From Sedimenticolaceae bacterium (GTDB taxonomy: Bacteria; Pseudomonadota; Gammaproteobacteria; Chromatiales; Chromatiaceae), in the NCBI GenBank assembly GCA_050305975.1, contig JBNLGI010000188.1:186-64185 (forward strand): DNA of 64,000 bases. The letters are read 5' to 3'. Positions 10,121 through 22,733 of the stretch are shown here, piece by piece; position 1 is the stretch's first letter; every line of letters starts with the position of its first letter. Below the pieces are notes generated by a model. That model was not told where the DNA came from. It did no database searches and saw only the letters and a list, made by a program, of their open reading frames with translations. The translations under genes and the position numbers were made by a program.

Positions 10121-11221
10121 ATGAAGATAGTCACCGATAGGGAAAACTTGCTCGAACCGCTCCAACAGATTGCCGGAGTCGTGGAGAGACGTCAGACCTT
10201 GCCGATTCTCGCCAACATACTTATCAATGCCGGCAGCAAAGGATTGCATATGACAGCTACAGACTTGGAGGTAGAACTAAAGACACAAGCAAGTGCCACC
10301 TGCGAAGGAGAGGTCGATTTCACTGTCCCCGCAAGGAAGCTGCTCGACATCACCAAGGCATTGCCTGAAGGAGCAGTCATCAATCTGGAAATCAACGGTG
10401 ATAAGGCCAAGCTGCAGTCAGGACGCAGTCGATTCACACTTGGAGTCCTTCCTGCGCAGGACTATCCCGTCATAGAGCCGACCCCAAGCAACGAGGTGCT
10501 TACCGTCAATGAGGCACTTTTCAAGAGGCTGATCGAAAAGACTCAGTTTGCCATGGCTCAGCAGGATGTTCGGTACTACCTCAACGGTATGCTGCTGGAG
10601 ATCAGCAAAGGGGATATCAGAACGGTCGCCACAGATGGCCATCGACTCGCAATGAGCCAGTCCAATGGAGCAGTCAACAATCAGATCGATCTCCAGGTCA
10701 TCCTTCCAAGAAAGGCGGTAATAGAATTGGGACGTCTGCTAAAGGACCGGGACGAAGAGATCAAGCTGGAGCTCAGCAACAGTTACATCAAAGTGCTGCT
10801 CGAGGGTGCGGTATTCACCTCTAAACTGATCGACGGACGGTTCCCGGAATATCAACGTGTCATGCCTTCCGGATCCGACAAAGAGGTCGAAGCGGATAAA
10901 AGCAGTCTCAGACAGTCCCTGAGTAGAGCTTCAATTCTGTCGAATGAAAAATACCGAGGCATACGCTTCAGTCTGCAAACCAACCTGCTACAACTGCAGG
11001 CTCACAACCCGGAGCAGGAGGAGGCAGAGGAGGAGCTGGAGATCAATTACCAGGGCGATGAACTCAAAATCGGCTTCAATGTCGGTTATTTGATTGATGC
11101 CATATCGGCTATTGAAGAAAACGAAGTAATCATCGAGCTCAAGGACTCCAACAGCAGTGCTCTCATGTACGGCAAAGGAAACGAAGAGAGTAAATATGTC
11201 ATCATGCCAATGCGCATATAG
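10121..11221 (+). CDS. dnaN: DNA polymerase III beta clamp
   Basis: VERRQTLPILANIL, ATDLEVE, QDVRYYLNG, ATDGHRLA, SKLIDGRFPEY, YVIMPMRI. Confidence 0.98.
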   Translation: MKIVTDRENLLEPLQQIAGVVERRQTLPILANILINAGSKGLHMTATDLEVELKTQASATCEGEVDFTVPARKLLDITKALPEGAVINLEINGDKAKLQSGRSRFTLGVLPAQDYPVIEPTPSNEVLTVNEALFKRLIEKTQFAMAQQDVRYYLNGMLLEISKGDIRTVATDGHRLAMSQSNGAVNNQIDLQVILPRKAVIELGRLLKDRDEEIKLELSNSYIKVLLEGAVFTSKLIDGRFPEYQRVMPSGSDKEVEADKSSLRQSLSRASILSNEKYRGIRFSLQTNLLQLQAHNPEQEEAEEELEINYQGDELKIGFNVGYLIDAISAIEENEVIIELKDSNSSALMYGKGNEESKYVIMPMRI

Positions 11222-11235
11222 ACTGTCATAAGACT

Positions 11236-11277
11236 AAAGGGCCGGTGTGGGAGTGACCCCTCATCGGCCTTTTTTTA
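11236..11277 (+). terminator. Intrinsic terminator-like hairpin between dnaN and recF
   Basis: AAAGGGCCGGTG...CATCGGCCTTTTTTT, stem followed by a T run. Confidence 0.55.
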
Positions 11278-11287
11278 TCGCAACAAC

Positions 11288-12373
11288 GTGTTCTTAAAAT
11301 CCCTACAAATCAGCCAACTCAGAAATATCACGCACGCCGATCTCTCTTTCGACACAACCATCAATCTGGTTGTCGGTGATAACGGCGCAGGCAAGACCTC
11401 ATTGCTAGAGGCCATCTATCTGCTCGGACGCGCTAAGAGCTTTAGAACCGGTCACATCAAAAGTCCAGTACAAATGGGTAAGGAGCACCTTTCACTATTT
11501 GGACAAGTAGAAGACGAAAGTTTATTGCCAATAAGACTCGGACTGAAAAGAAGTGGTAGAGAGACACAAGTAAAGATCAATGGAGAGACGGCCAGCAAAC
11601 TCTCTACACTGGCTACAACTCTACCACTCGCATTGGTCACACCACTATCACATCGTTTACTGGACGAAGGTCCAGATCACAGGCGACGCATACTCAACTG
11701 GGGAGTGTTCCACGTGGAACACTTTTATAAAACAGCAGTAGGAAACTACGCAAGGACACTCGTTCAAAGAAACAATGCACTGCGATCAAAGTCACCCGAT
11801 CTCACTGTATGGAACAAGGCTCTAGCAGAACATGCAACCATTGTCAGTGAACTGCAGACTGGGTACTTTGAAAAATGGATTCATGAGTTGATGACTCTAA
11901 GTAAGCGAATCCAGTTTCTTAAGAGTCTACAGATCAACTTCAATAGAGGGTGGAAGCAAGGAGAGGACCTGTACTATCTCCTGAAAGAGAGGGAAGCCTA
12001 TGACATAGAACGGGGCTTTACATCAATAGGCCCGCAGAGGGCAGACCTGGTATTCAAAGTTGATGGTGTTGAGACGAGGCAGGTGCTTTCAAGAGGTCAG
12101 CAAAAGGTACTCATCATCATCACAATGCTCGCTCAAGCTGCAGTACTTGAGAAGGCTAGAGGCAAAAAGCCCATATTTCTGCTTGATGACTTGGAGTCAG
12201 AGCTCGACAAACACTCTCTAAATAGTGTCTGTACCATGCTTCGCGAGCAAGGGAGCCAGGTTTTCATTACCTCGTTAAATCCTGATCAGATTATTTCGCA
12301 GGATTGGGCGGGTGAGATTTCGATGTTCCACGTGGAACATGGAGCTTTTGCTGAGAGGGCGACACTTTGCTGA
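11288..12373 (+). CDS. recF: DNA replication/repair protein RecF
   Basis: GDNGAGKTSLLEAI Walker A, GPQRADL, LSRGQQK, FLLDDLESELD; position between dnaN and gyrB. Confidence 0.95.
   Translation: MFLKSLQISQLRNITHADLSFDTTINLVVGDNGAGKTSLLEAIYLLGRAKSFRTGHIKSPVQMGKEHLSLFGQVEDESLLPIRLGLKRSGRETQVKINGETASKLSTLATTLPLALVTPLSHRLLDEGPDHRRRILNWGVFHVEHFYKTAVGNYARTLVQRNNALRSKSPDLTVWNKALAEHATIVSELQTGYFEKWIHELMTLSKRIQFLKSLQINFNRGWKQGEDLYYLLKEREAYDIERGFTSIGPQRADLVFKVDGVETRQVLSRGQQKVLIIITMLAQAAVLEKARGKKPIFLLDDLESELDKHSLNSVCTMLREQGSQVFITSLNPDQIISQDWAGEISMFHVEHGAFAERATLC
11706..11721. promoter_or_regulatory. parS centromere site 1 (inside recF)
   Basis: Perfect 16-bp palindrome TGTTCCACGTGGAACA matching the parS consensus. 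Confidence 0.88.
12324..12339. promoter_or_regulatory. parS centromere site 2 (inside the recF 3' end)
   Basis: Second identical TGTTCCACGTGGAACA. Confidence 0.88.
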
Positions 12374-12448
12374 TCAGTGAAATCAGTTCGTCTGCTAATG
12401 GCCTGACGCGCTATAATGGTCTGTCTATTCAAGCCAGGTCGATCCTAA

Positions 12449-14866
<2,418 letters not shown>

Positions 14867-14966
14867 GTGTTGATGGGTTTATGAGGGTGCAGGCAAACCA
14901 GCTTTATCTAACTAACTGATTTATAGTGTTTTTATTAAAGTTAGTAAGCACTCACACACGCATGAC

Positions 14967-15698
14967 TCATAACTCATCCACTTTGGTGGATTGCAGAGCA
15001 TCCACTGTCGATTCGATCCAGGCTTCGGCGCGAGCGTTGATTTCGCTGGCATCCAGACCTTGTGTCTCGATCAGTGGGCCAATGACCACATCGATGGTTC
15101 CCGGGTATTTTCGCAGATCTCGCCTTCTCCAGAAGACACCGGCATTGTGTGCCACCGGCAACACCGGTGCCGAGGTCTTCTCCGCCAGAATGGCGCCGCC
15201 TATGCCGTAACGTTTGCGGGTTCCCGGCGCGACGCGTGTGCCTTCAGGGAAGACGATGATTTTGCAGCCGCTATTGATACGCTCTGTACCCTGTTCGATG
15301 ATCTGGTCGATGGCCTTGCGTCCCAACTTCCGATTGATCGCGATCGGTTTGTAGTACCACATGATCCATCCAAAGATCGGTACGTAGAGGAGCTCGCGTT
15401 TGAGGACCCAGGACTTGCGCCCGGGAATCAGACTGACCAGGGCGATGGTCTCCCAGGCAGACTGATGCTTTGCGAAGACGATGCAGCTCCCATCGGGAAT
15501 ATTCTCCGCCCCCTGCAAACGGTAGTTGAGCCCGCAGATGGTGGAGAGGCCCCAAAGATTGATGCGACTCCAGAAACTGTCGATCAGTGGCAGTTTGCTC
15601 TCGGGTACGGCCCAGCCGATGAGGCTGCCTATGCCGGCCACCAACACGGTGGTTATCACGAGGTAGAGAAAATATAGCGACGATCTGAGCAATATCAT
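14967..15698 (-). CDS. plsC: 1-acyl-sn-glycerol-3-phosphate acyltransferase (PlsC family)
   Basis: KHQSAWET, LKREL, FPEGTR, PVAHNAG. Confidence 0.88.
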   Translation of the reverse strand: MILLRSSLYFLYLVITTVLVAGIGSLIGWAVPESKLPLIDSFWSRINLWGLSTICGLNYRLQGAENIPDGSCIVFAKHQSAWETIALVSLIPGRKSWVLKRELLYVPIFGWIMWYYKPIAINRKLGRKAIDQIIEQGTERINSGCKIIVFPEGTRVAPGTRKRYGIGGAILAEKTSAPVLPVAHNAGVFWRRRDLRKYPGTIDVVIGPLIETQGLDASEINARAEAWIESTVDALQSTKVDEL

Positions 15699-16249
15699 GC
15701 CGTTACTCCGTTCTCAATGAGCAACATCTCTATCGCACTCGCCAAGTCATCATAAACTGTTATCTGTGCCATCTCGTTCTCATGTTCCTTGAGCGTGCGT
15801 TCACCCTTGCCGGTACGCACGAGAATGGGTCGGGCATCCACCGCCACGGCAGCCTGCAGATCCCGGTAGGAGTCGCCTATCACCGGAACCTCCTTGAGCG
15901 GTTGACCGGTGCGCCGGGCGATCTCCAGATAGAGACCCGGTTTGGGCTTGCGGCAGTCGCACCCATCGTCGGGACCGTGGGGACAGAACAGGATGGCCTC
16001 GATGGAGCCGCCCCGATGCTGAATCTCGGAAAGCATCTTCTGATGGATGGCATGCAGGGTCTCTATGCTAAACAGTCCGCGTGCGATACCCGACTGATTG
16101 GTGGCGACGAAGATGTGAAAACCCGCGCGGCTAAGACGCGCGATGGCGTTCAGGCTGCCCTCGATGGGTATCCACTCCTCCGGCGACTTGATGTAGCTAT
16201 CGGAATCCTGATTGATGACGCCATCCCTGTCGAGTATGACGATTTTCAT
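15695..16249 (-). CDS. gmhB: D-glycero-D-manno-heptose 1,7-bisphosphate phosphatase
   Basis: LDRDGVIN HAD motif, TNQSGIARG, CPHGPDDGCDCRKPKPG. Confidence 0.93.
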   Translation of the reverse strand: MKIVILDRDGVINQDSDSYIKSPEEWIPIEGSLNAIARLSRAGFHIFVATNQSGIARGLFSIETLHAIHQKMLSEIQHRGGSIEAILFCPHGPDDGCDCRKPKPGLYLEIARRTGQPLKEVPVIGDSYRDLQAAVAVDARPILVRTGKGERTLKEHENEMAQITVYDDLASAIEMLLIENGVTA

Positions 16250-16261
16250 TGTTGTATGCGC

Positions 16262-16600
16262 TTACTCACCATCTACACCGCGAAATTCAGAGACTCTGAT
16301 GCGTCCGTTGATCATTCTGGAGGAACGGGCATCGAGTTTCGCCATCTTCTCCCAGAAAGCCTGTTTGAGATCGAAATCCTGCGCTATGGCGGTGCCGATG
16401 AGCAGGATAAAGAGATCGGCGACCTCTTCGGCGAGTTCCGACTTGGGCTTTCCTTTAGTGACGCAGGAGGAGATTTCACCCAGCTCTTCCGCCATCAGGG
16501 CGACGCGATAGGTCATCTCTTCGCCACCCGTCTCACTGAAACGGTGTTTGTCGTGGAAGGCCTGGACGGCCGCCAGCATGTCGGTATAGCTGTCGCTCAT
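16262..16600 (-). CDS. Small MazG-like all-alpha NTP pyrophosphohydrolase
   Basis: LMAEELGEI...LAEEVADL (EExxE...ExxD metal motif). Confidence 0.82.
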   Translation of the reverse strand: MSDSYTDMLAAVQAFHDKHRFSETGGEEMTYRVALMAEELGEISSCVTKGKPKSELAEEVADLFILLIGTAIAQDFDLKQAFWEKMAKLDARSSRMINGRIRVSEFRGVDGE

Positions 16601-18681
16601 GCCGGACTCTCCTGCAGCAGGGAGATATCGGCGACGCTGAGGAACTGATTCTCGAGCTGTGACAGCAGCGCCAGACGGTTGAGACGCAGGTTTTCGTCAT
16701 CGGTCATCACCATCACCTGGTCGAAGAAGTCGTCGACTGGCTGCTTCAAGCTGGCGAGTATGCGCAAGCCCTCCGCATACTCCCCGCGGTCGAACAGGGG
16801 CTGTGCCTGCGGAGTCAGCTCGTCCAGTTTGGCCAGCAGATCCCGCTCCGCCTGATCTTGAAACAGGGAGGCATCGGCGCGCATCGGCAGGGGCTCGGAG
16901 TTCTTCTTCAGAATATTGCGGATACGCTTGTTGGCAGCGGCGAGACTGATGGCCTCCGGCAGCTGGCGGAACGCGCTCATGGCGCGGATGCGAAGGTCGA
17001 AATCGGCAATGGTTTCCGGGGTGACTTCGGCGACGGCCTGAAACAGATCGACGCCGTAACCCTCTTCGAGGTAGATGCCCTTGAGTCGTTCCAGCATGAA
17101 GGTATAGACCGCTTCGGCCACATCCGTCTCGTTCAAGCGATCGACCATGGTGTCGGTGACAGCTTCTAGCAGGCCGCGGAGATAGAGTGTAAGTGAGTGC
17201 TCACGTATGATGCGCAGTGCACCGAGTGCCGCACGTCGCAGCGCGAAGGGGTCTTTATCTCCGGTCGGACGTTGACCGATGCCGAAGATACCGACCAGGG
17301 TATCGAGCTTTTCGGCCAGCGAAATGGCGATACCGGTGCGGGTCTGCGGCAGGCGGTCGCCGGAAAAGCGGGGCATGTAGAACTCGTCCATCGCTTCCGC
17401 CAGCTCCGGCTCTTCGCCATCGCGTTGAGCCTGATAACGGCCCATCACCCCCTGCATTTCAGGGAATTCGAAGACCATGTCGGTCATCAGATCGCAGCGG
17501 CTGAGCAGGCCAGCCCGATGGGCCAGATCGGGATCACCGCCGATCTCGATGGCGATCAGCTCGGCCAGCTTGGCGACCCGTTCTGATTTGTCGTACATGG
17601 AGCCGAGCTTGTTCTGGAACACGACACTCTTCAAGGACTCCAGATGGTCTTCCAGGCGATGCTTGCCGTCCTGCTCCCAGAAGAACATGGCATCGGCGAG
17701 ACGCGGCCGGATGACCCGCTGGTTGCCCTCCTGGATCAGCTCGGGCTGCGGGCTGTCGATGTTGGCGATGGTGATGAAGTGGTTCATCAATCGCCCGTTG
17801 GAGTCGAACAGCGGGAAGTACTTCTGGTTGCCCTTCATGGTGGCGACCAGCGCCTCCTGTGGAACCTCGAGGAAACGCGCCTCGAAACTGGCGCTGATCG
17901 GGACCGGCCACTCATTGAGGGCGGTGACCTCGTCGAGCAACTCCTCGTCCAGGTCGGGATGGCCGCCGAGCGAAGCGGCGCTCTGCTCGACCGCCTGGCG
18001 GATCTTCTGTTTGCGTGTCTCGAAACTGGCGATGACACGACCCATGTCCTCGAGCACGGAAGCGTAGTCATCGGGATCGAACAGGGTAATGGCGGAGGGA
18101 TGATGGAAGCGGTGACCGTAGGTCTGACGGTCTGCCTTGGCATCCAGCAGGGTGCAGTCGACCACCTGCTCACCGTGCAGGAACAGCAACCAGTGGACAG
18201 GACGTACGAACTGAGCCTCGGAGGCACCCCAGCGCATGCGCTTCGGGATCGGCAGCCGGTTCAAGGCCTGCTCAGCGATGGCGGGGAGCAGTTGGGAGGC
18301 GGGCTGACCGGCTTCGTCCATCTGATAGGCGAGCCAGGCGCCCTTGTCGGTCTCCAGTTTCGCGAGCTGATCGACCGTGGTGCCGCAGGAACGGGCGAAG
18401 CCCTCGGCCGCCTTGGTCGGCTTTCCATCCTTGTCGAAAGCGGCCTGTAGAGCGGGTCCACGGCGCTCGATCTGACGATCGGGCTGTCTGCTCATGCAGT
18501 CCTGGATGCGCAGGGCGAGACGGCGCGGTGTGGCGAAGCTCTCCACCGTGCCGTGTTCGAGACCGGCCTGCTCGAGGCCGGCGAGGAAGTGTTCAGTGAG
18601 AGATTCGGAGAGCTGCTTGAGGGCCTTGGGCGGGAGCTCTTCAGTGCCGAGTTCGAACAGCAGGGTGGCGCGTTCAGTCAT
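16597..18681 (-). CDS. glyS: Glycyl-tRNA synthetase beta subunit
   Basis: [48 protein letters not shown]. Confidence 0.98.
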   Translation of the reverse strand: MTERATLLFELGTEELPPKALKQLSESLTEHFLAGLEQAGLEHGTVESFATPRRLALRIQDCMSRQPDRQIERRGPALQAAFDKDGKPTKAAEGFARSCGTTVDQLAKLETDKGAWLAYQMDEAGQPASQLLPAIAEQALNRLPIPKRMRWGASEAQFVRPVHWLLFLHGEQVVDCTLLDAKADRQTYGHRFHHPSAITLFDPDDYASVLEDMGRVIASFETRKQKIRQAVEQSAASLGGHPDLDEELLDEVTALNEWPVPISASFEARFLEVPQEALVATMKGNQKYFPLFDSNGRLMNHFITIANIDSPQPELIQEGNQRVIRPRLADAMFFWEQDGKHRLEDHLESLKSVVFQNKLGSMYDKSERVAKLAELIAIEIGGDPDLAHRAGLLSRCDLMTDMVFEFPEMQGVMGRYQAQRDGEEPELAEAMDEFYMPRFSGDRLPQTRTGIAISLAEKLDTLVGIFGIGQRPTGDKDPFALRRAALGALRIIREHSLTLYLRGLLEAVTDTMVDRLNETDVAEAVYTFMLERLKGIYLEEGYGVDLFQAVAEVTPETIADFDLRIRAMSAFRQLPEAISLAAANKRIRNILKKNSEPLPMRADASLFQDQAERDLLAKLDELTPQAQPLFDRGEYAEGLRILASLKQPVDDFFDQVMVMTDDENLRLNRLALLSQLENQFLSVADISLLQESPA

Positions 18682-19612
18682 GGTTCACCTCCTGCGGGTT
18701 CTTCAGCATCGGAAATCCCAGCTTCTCGCGGGCATCGTAGTAGGCCTGGGCCACGGCGCGGGCCAGGGCCCTCACTCGCAGGATGTAGCCTTGCCGCTCG
18801 GTGACCGAGATGGCGTGGCGGGCGTCCAGCAGATTGAAGGTGTGGGAGGCCTTCAACACCTGCTCGTAAGCGGGCAGGGGCAGGCCCGCTTCGATCAGCC
18901 GATTCGAGTCCTTTTCGCACTGGTCGAAAAGGCTGAAGAGAAAAGGCACATCGGCGTGTTCGAAGTTGTAGGCCGACTGTTCCACCTCGTTCTGATGGAA
19001 GACGTCACCGTAAGTGACCGGCCCCTGCGGACCCTGGGTCCAGACCAGGTCGAAGACGCTCTCTACGCCTTGCAGGTACATGGCGATACGCTCCAGACCG
19101 TAAGTGATCTCCCCGGTGACCGGACGGCAGTCGAGACCGCCGACCTGTTGAAAATAGGTGAACTGGGTAACCTCCATGCCGTTGAGCCAGACCTCCCAGC
19201 CGAGACCCCAGGCACCCAGGGTAGGTGACTCCCAGTTGTCCTCCACAAATCTGATGTCGTGCAGCTTGAGGTCGAGACCGAGCTCCTCCAGCGAACCGAG
19301 GTAGAGCTGTTGAATATCCTTCGGTGACGGTTTGAGCACCACCTGATACTGATAATAGTGCTGCAATCGGTTGGGATTCTCGCCGTAGCGGCCGTCGGTG
19401 GGCCGACGCGAGGGCTGTACATAGGCCGCATTCCAGGGCTCGGGGCCGATGGAGCGCAGGAAGGTGGCGGTGTGGAAGGTCCCGGCGCCCATCTCCATGT
19501 CATAGGGTTGCAGGATGACGCAGCCCTTCCGGGCCCAATACTCCTGCAGCTTGAAGATGAGTTGCTGAAAGGTCAGCTTGTCGTTGGCTGGCTCTGATGA
19601 AGCTCGATTCAC
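18674..19612 (-). CDS. glyQ: Glycyl-tRNA synthetase alpha subunit
   Basis: [48 protein letters not shown]. Confidence 0.98.
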   Translation of the reverse strand: MNRASSEPANDKLTFQQLIFKLQEYWARKGCVILQPYDMEMGAGTFHTATFLRSIGPEPWNAAYVQPSRRPTDGRYGENPNRLQHYYQYQVVLKPSPKDIQQLYLGSLEELGLDLKLHDIRFVEDNWESPTLGAWGLGWEVWLNGMEVTQFTYFQQVGGLDCRPVTGEITYGLERIAMYLQGVESVFDLVWTQGPQGPVTYGDVFHQNEVEQSAYNFEHADVPFLFSLFDQCEKDSNRLIEAGLPLPAYEQVLKASHTFNLLDARHAISVTERQGYILRVRALARAVAQAYYDAREKLGFPMLKNPQEVNHD

Positions 19613-19954
19613 AGCGAGATCCCGCTAATTGTAAAGAAAATCGCGACAGTATAACGGTGCGCAGTGGGGTTGGCTAACCTGGAGCGGCCGGAGATCTGGA
19701 ACACCGGTTCATTGATTCATGGCACGCAGGGGTACCTGTGCAGGGGTTTACTCCTGTGGTTGGCAGTCGATGTCGAGGTGCCATGCCCTGTTCGGCTTGT
19801 GATCCTGTGGCTGCCGTCGCCCGCGGGATGGGGATATTCTCTTCCTCAATGACGGGTGTCTGCGGGGATGGCTTGGCGTATAATGGCGGACTGATCCATC
19901 CACAGCAGATTCCCCCTAGCGAGACCAGCCATTTCCGGCGGTCATTTAATTTGT

Positions 19955-20998
19955 ATGAGCAGACAACGCAAAGCAGCGGCACTGATCTCCGGGGGATTGG
20001 ACTCCCTGCTGGCGGCACGGGTGATGCAGGAACAGGGCATCCATGTCGAGGGCATCAACTTCTACACCGGATTCTGTGTCGAGGGCCATACCCACGCCAT
20101 CCGCAAGAAAGACCGTAAAAAGGAGAAGCGCAACAACGCACTCTGGGTGGCGGAGCAACTGGGGATCAAGCTTCATATCATCGACATCGTCGAAGACTAC
20201 AAACAGGTGGTGATGAACCCCAAGCACGGCTACGGGGCCAACCTCAATCCCTGTCTCGATTGCAAGATTTTCATGGTCGGCAAGGCATTGGAGTGGATCC
20301 GTGCCAAAGGTTTCGACTTCATCATCACCGGCGAGGTGATGGGACAGCGCCCGATGTCCCAGCGCAAGGCGACCCTGCCCATCGTGGCCGGTGAATCGGG
20401 CGCGGAGGATCTGCTGCTGCGTCCGCTCTGTGCCAGAAACCTGCCCGAGACGCTGCCCGAGCGGGAGGGCTGGGTCGATCGCGGGAAACTCTACGACTTC
20501 TCGGGCCGCAGTCGAAAACCACAGATGGCGCTGGCGGCAAAATTCGGCTTCGAGGACTATGCCCAGCCGGCGGGTGGCTGCTGCTTTCTCACCGACCCGC
20601 AGTACTCGGTGAAGCTTGCCGACCTGTGGCAGGCGCGTGGGGACAAGCAGTATGAAATGGACGACATCATGCTGTTGAAGGTGGGTCGTCATCTGCGCCC
20701 CGCGCCCCACTACAAGCTGATCATCTCGCGTGAGGAGGGTGAGGGGAATTTCCTGCGCGGCTATCGCCATCAGTATCCCCATATGAGCACGCTCAGCCAC
20801 CCCGGTCCCCTGGCCCTGATCGACGGCCGCATCGACGAGCAGGAGCTGCAACAGGCGGCAAGGCTGGTGGCCCGCTACAGCCAGGGCCGAGACGCCGAAG
20901 AGGTGGTGGTCGAGTTCATCGCGCCGGGTGAAGCGCCACGCGAACTGCGAGTAAAACCCCTGCAGCCGCATGAGATACCGGCCGAGTGGGTATTGTGA
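19955..20998 (+). CDS. PP-loop ThiI/MnmA-like putative tRNA thiolase with C-terminal DUF814/NFACT-R-like region
   Basis: ALISGGLDS PP-loop, NPCLDCKI, TGEVMGQRPMSQ, PAGGCC; no recognisable THUMP domain. Confidence 0.75.
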   Translation: MSRQRKAAALISGGLDSLLAARVMQEQGIHVEGINFYTGFCVEGHTHAIRKKDRKKEKRNNALWVAEQLGIKLHIIDIVEDYKQVVMNPKHGYGANLNPCLDCKIFMVGKALEWIRAKGFDFIITGEVMGQRPMSQRKATLPIVAGESGAEDLLLRPLCARNLPETLPEREGWVDRGKLYDFSGRSRKPQMALAAKFGFEDYAQPAGGCCFLTDPQYSVKLADLWQARGDKQYEMDDIMLLKVGRHLRPAPHYKLIISREEGEGNFLRGYRHQYPHMSTLSHPGPLALIDGRIDEQELQQAARLVARYSQGRDAEEVVVEFIAPGEAPRELRVKPLQPHEIPAEWVL

Positions 20999-21234
20999 AA
21001 CGCCAGGTCATCGACTGTCGCAGACTGCTCTGCCCGATGCCGGTGATACGGGTGCAGACGGCCGTGGAGGAGCTTCCCGAGGGGACCGAGGTGGAAGCGG
21101 TCTGCACCGATCCGGGCGCCCTGACCGATATCCCCGCCTGGTCGAGAATCAATGGCCACCGGGTGGTTGAGACACGCAGTGATGGGGGAGAGTATGTCGT
21201 CGTGGTCGAAGTCGGCCCCAGGAGTGGTTCATGA
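20995..21234 (+). CDS. tusA: TusA-family sulfur carrier
   Basis: IDCRRLLCPMPV (CPxP), TDPGALTDIPAW; GTG overlaps the upstream stop. Confidence 0.85.
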   Translation: MKRQVIDCRRLLCPMPVIRVQTAVEELPEGTEVEAVCTDPGALTDIPAWSRINGHRVVETRSDGGEYVVVVEVGPRSGS

Positions 21235-22382
21235 ATCCTCAGGCTGAAGCCAGGGATCGGCGTTATCGAATCAGTCGCCAATCGGCGGTGGTGGGCGCGG
21301 CGGTCAACTCTGTGCTGGCGCTGTCCAAGGTTCTCTTCGGCTGGTTGGGACAGTCCCAGTCGCTGGTGGCCGACGGCATCCACTCCCTTTCAGATCTGCT
21401 GACTGACGCCCTGGTATTCTTTGCCGCCCGTCATGCCAGGGAGGAGCCCGACGCGGATCACCCCTACGGTCATGGTCGTTTTGAGACCGTCGGCACTCTT
21501 GTGTTGGGCGGAATTCTCATCGCGATCGGGTTCGGCATCATCTGGGATGCGGGCGAGCGACTGTTCGCGCCGGAGCAGCTGAAGCAGCCTGCTGTCTTCA
21601 CGCTCTATATCGCGGCCTTTTCGATTTTCGCCAACGAAGGACTCTTCTTCTACACCCGCCATCTGGCGAACAAGATCAATTCCGATCTGCTGCGCGCGAA
21701 TGCCTGGCACCATCGCAGTGACTCGGTCTCGTCGGTGGTGGTGTTGGTAGGTATTGGCGGTACCCTGGTCGGTCTCCCCTATCTGGATGCCATTGCCGCC
21801 GTGCTGGTCGGTGTGATGGTGGTGCAGATCGGTTGGAACCTGGGGTGGGGTGCGATGCAGGAGCTGGCCGATGCCGGCCTTGAGGAGGAACACCTCGACA
21901 AGATCCGCGAGGTGATCACCAATGTTTCCGGAGTCAACAGTGTCCACATGTTGCGCACGCGGCGTCTGGGTGGCCATGCGTTGGCGGATGTGCATGTCCA
22001 GGTCGATCCCTGGCTGAGTGTCTCCGAAGGGCATCGGATTGCGGAGGTGGTGCAGTACGGACTGATCGATCAGGTCGAAGTGCTGGAGGACGTCACCGTC
22101 CATATCGATCCCGAAGACGATGAGGAGGGCCCCTCCTGCGCCGGCTTGCCATTGCGGCAGAAGGCCCAGGCCATGCTCGACGAGCTCTGGTCCCACATCG
22201 CCTGTTATGAGGATCGACGTCGCCTGGTGCTCCACTACCTCTCGGGTCGGATCGATGTCGATCTCTATCTGCCGCTGGTCTGTTATCAGTCGAAGACAGA
22301 TGCCGATGAACTGCAACATGCCTTTCAAAGGGCACTTGACGGCTCGGAGACCTTTCGTTGTGTGCGGATCTGGTTTGGTTAG
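21231..22382 (+). CDS. Cation diffusion facilitator (FieF-like) with C-terminal extension
   Basis: ADGIHSLSD, HPYGHGRFE, NAWHHRSD, HIDP; ATGA overlap with tusA. Confidence 0.9.
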   Translation: MNPQAEARDRRYRISRQSAVVGAAVNSVLALSKVLFGWLGQSQSLVADGIHSLSDLLTDALVFFAARHAREEPDADHPYGHGRFETVGTLVLGGILIAIGFGIIWDAGERLFAPEQLKQPAVFTLYIAAFSIFANEGLFFYTRHLANKINSDLLRANAWHHRSDSVSSVVVLVGIGGTLVGLPYLDAIAAVLVGVMVVQIGWNLGWGAMQELADAGLEEEHLDKIREVITNVSGVNSVHMLRTRRLGGHALADVHVQVDPWLSVSEGHRIAEVVQYGLIDQVEVLEDVTVHIDPEDDEEGPSCAGLPLRQKAQAMLDELWSHIACYEDRRRLVLHYLSGRIDVDLYLPLVCYQSKTDADELQHAFQRALDGSETFRCVRIWFG

Positions 22383-22429
22383 CACTATTTTAGTGCGTCG
22401 TGCATGGTCATGAGCCCCATTATGGTGCA
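22381..22429. promoter_or_regulatory. Tandem NtrC enhancer sites for glnA
   Basis: AGCACTATTTTAGTGCG (22381-22397) and AGCCCCATTATGGTGCA (22413-22429), 32 bp apart, match TGCAC-N7-GTGCA. Confidence 0.82.
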
Positions 22430-22613
22430 TGGAGTTTTGGCCTTGAACGACAGGGTGGCAGAGAGCTTGCGGAGTGACTATCTTTCTCGCTTGGAAAAGA
22501 GCCCGTTTTCGTCTCGCTTGCAGTGACTAACTTATTATTTTTTAGGTTGAATTTATTTTCTCTGGGGCCGTTGTAGACGAACGGCTTAAAGCAGAGAGAG
22601 AATGCCTTTTTCG

Positions 22614-22629
22614 TGGCATGAAACATGCA
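22614..22629 (+). promoter_or_regulatory. sigma54 promoter of glnA
   Basis: TGGCATGAAACATGCA with GG-N10-GC spacing. Confidence 0.82.
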
Positions 22630-22733
22630 ACCATGCGTTTTTCAAAGCGTCTGGTATAGTTTTCCGGTCGCCAAAGCTAATGAGTGGCTGACTTAGGTTC
22701 AGCATTGAATAACCCAAAAAACTGGAGATGACG

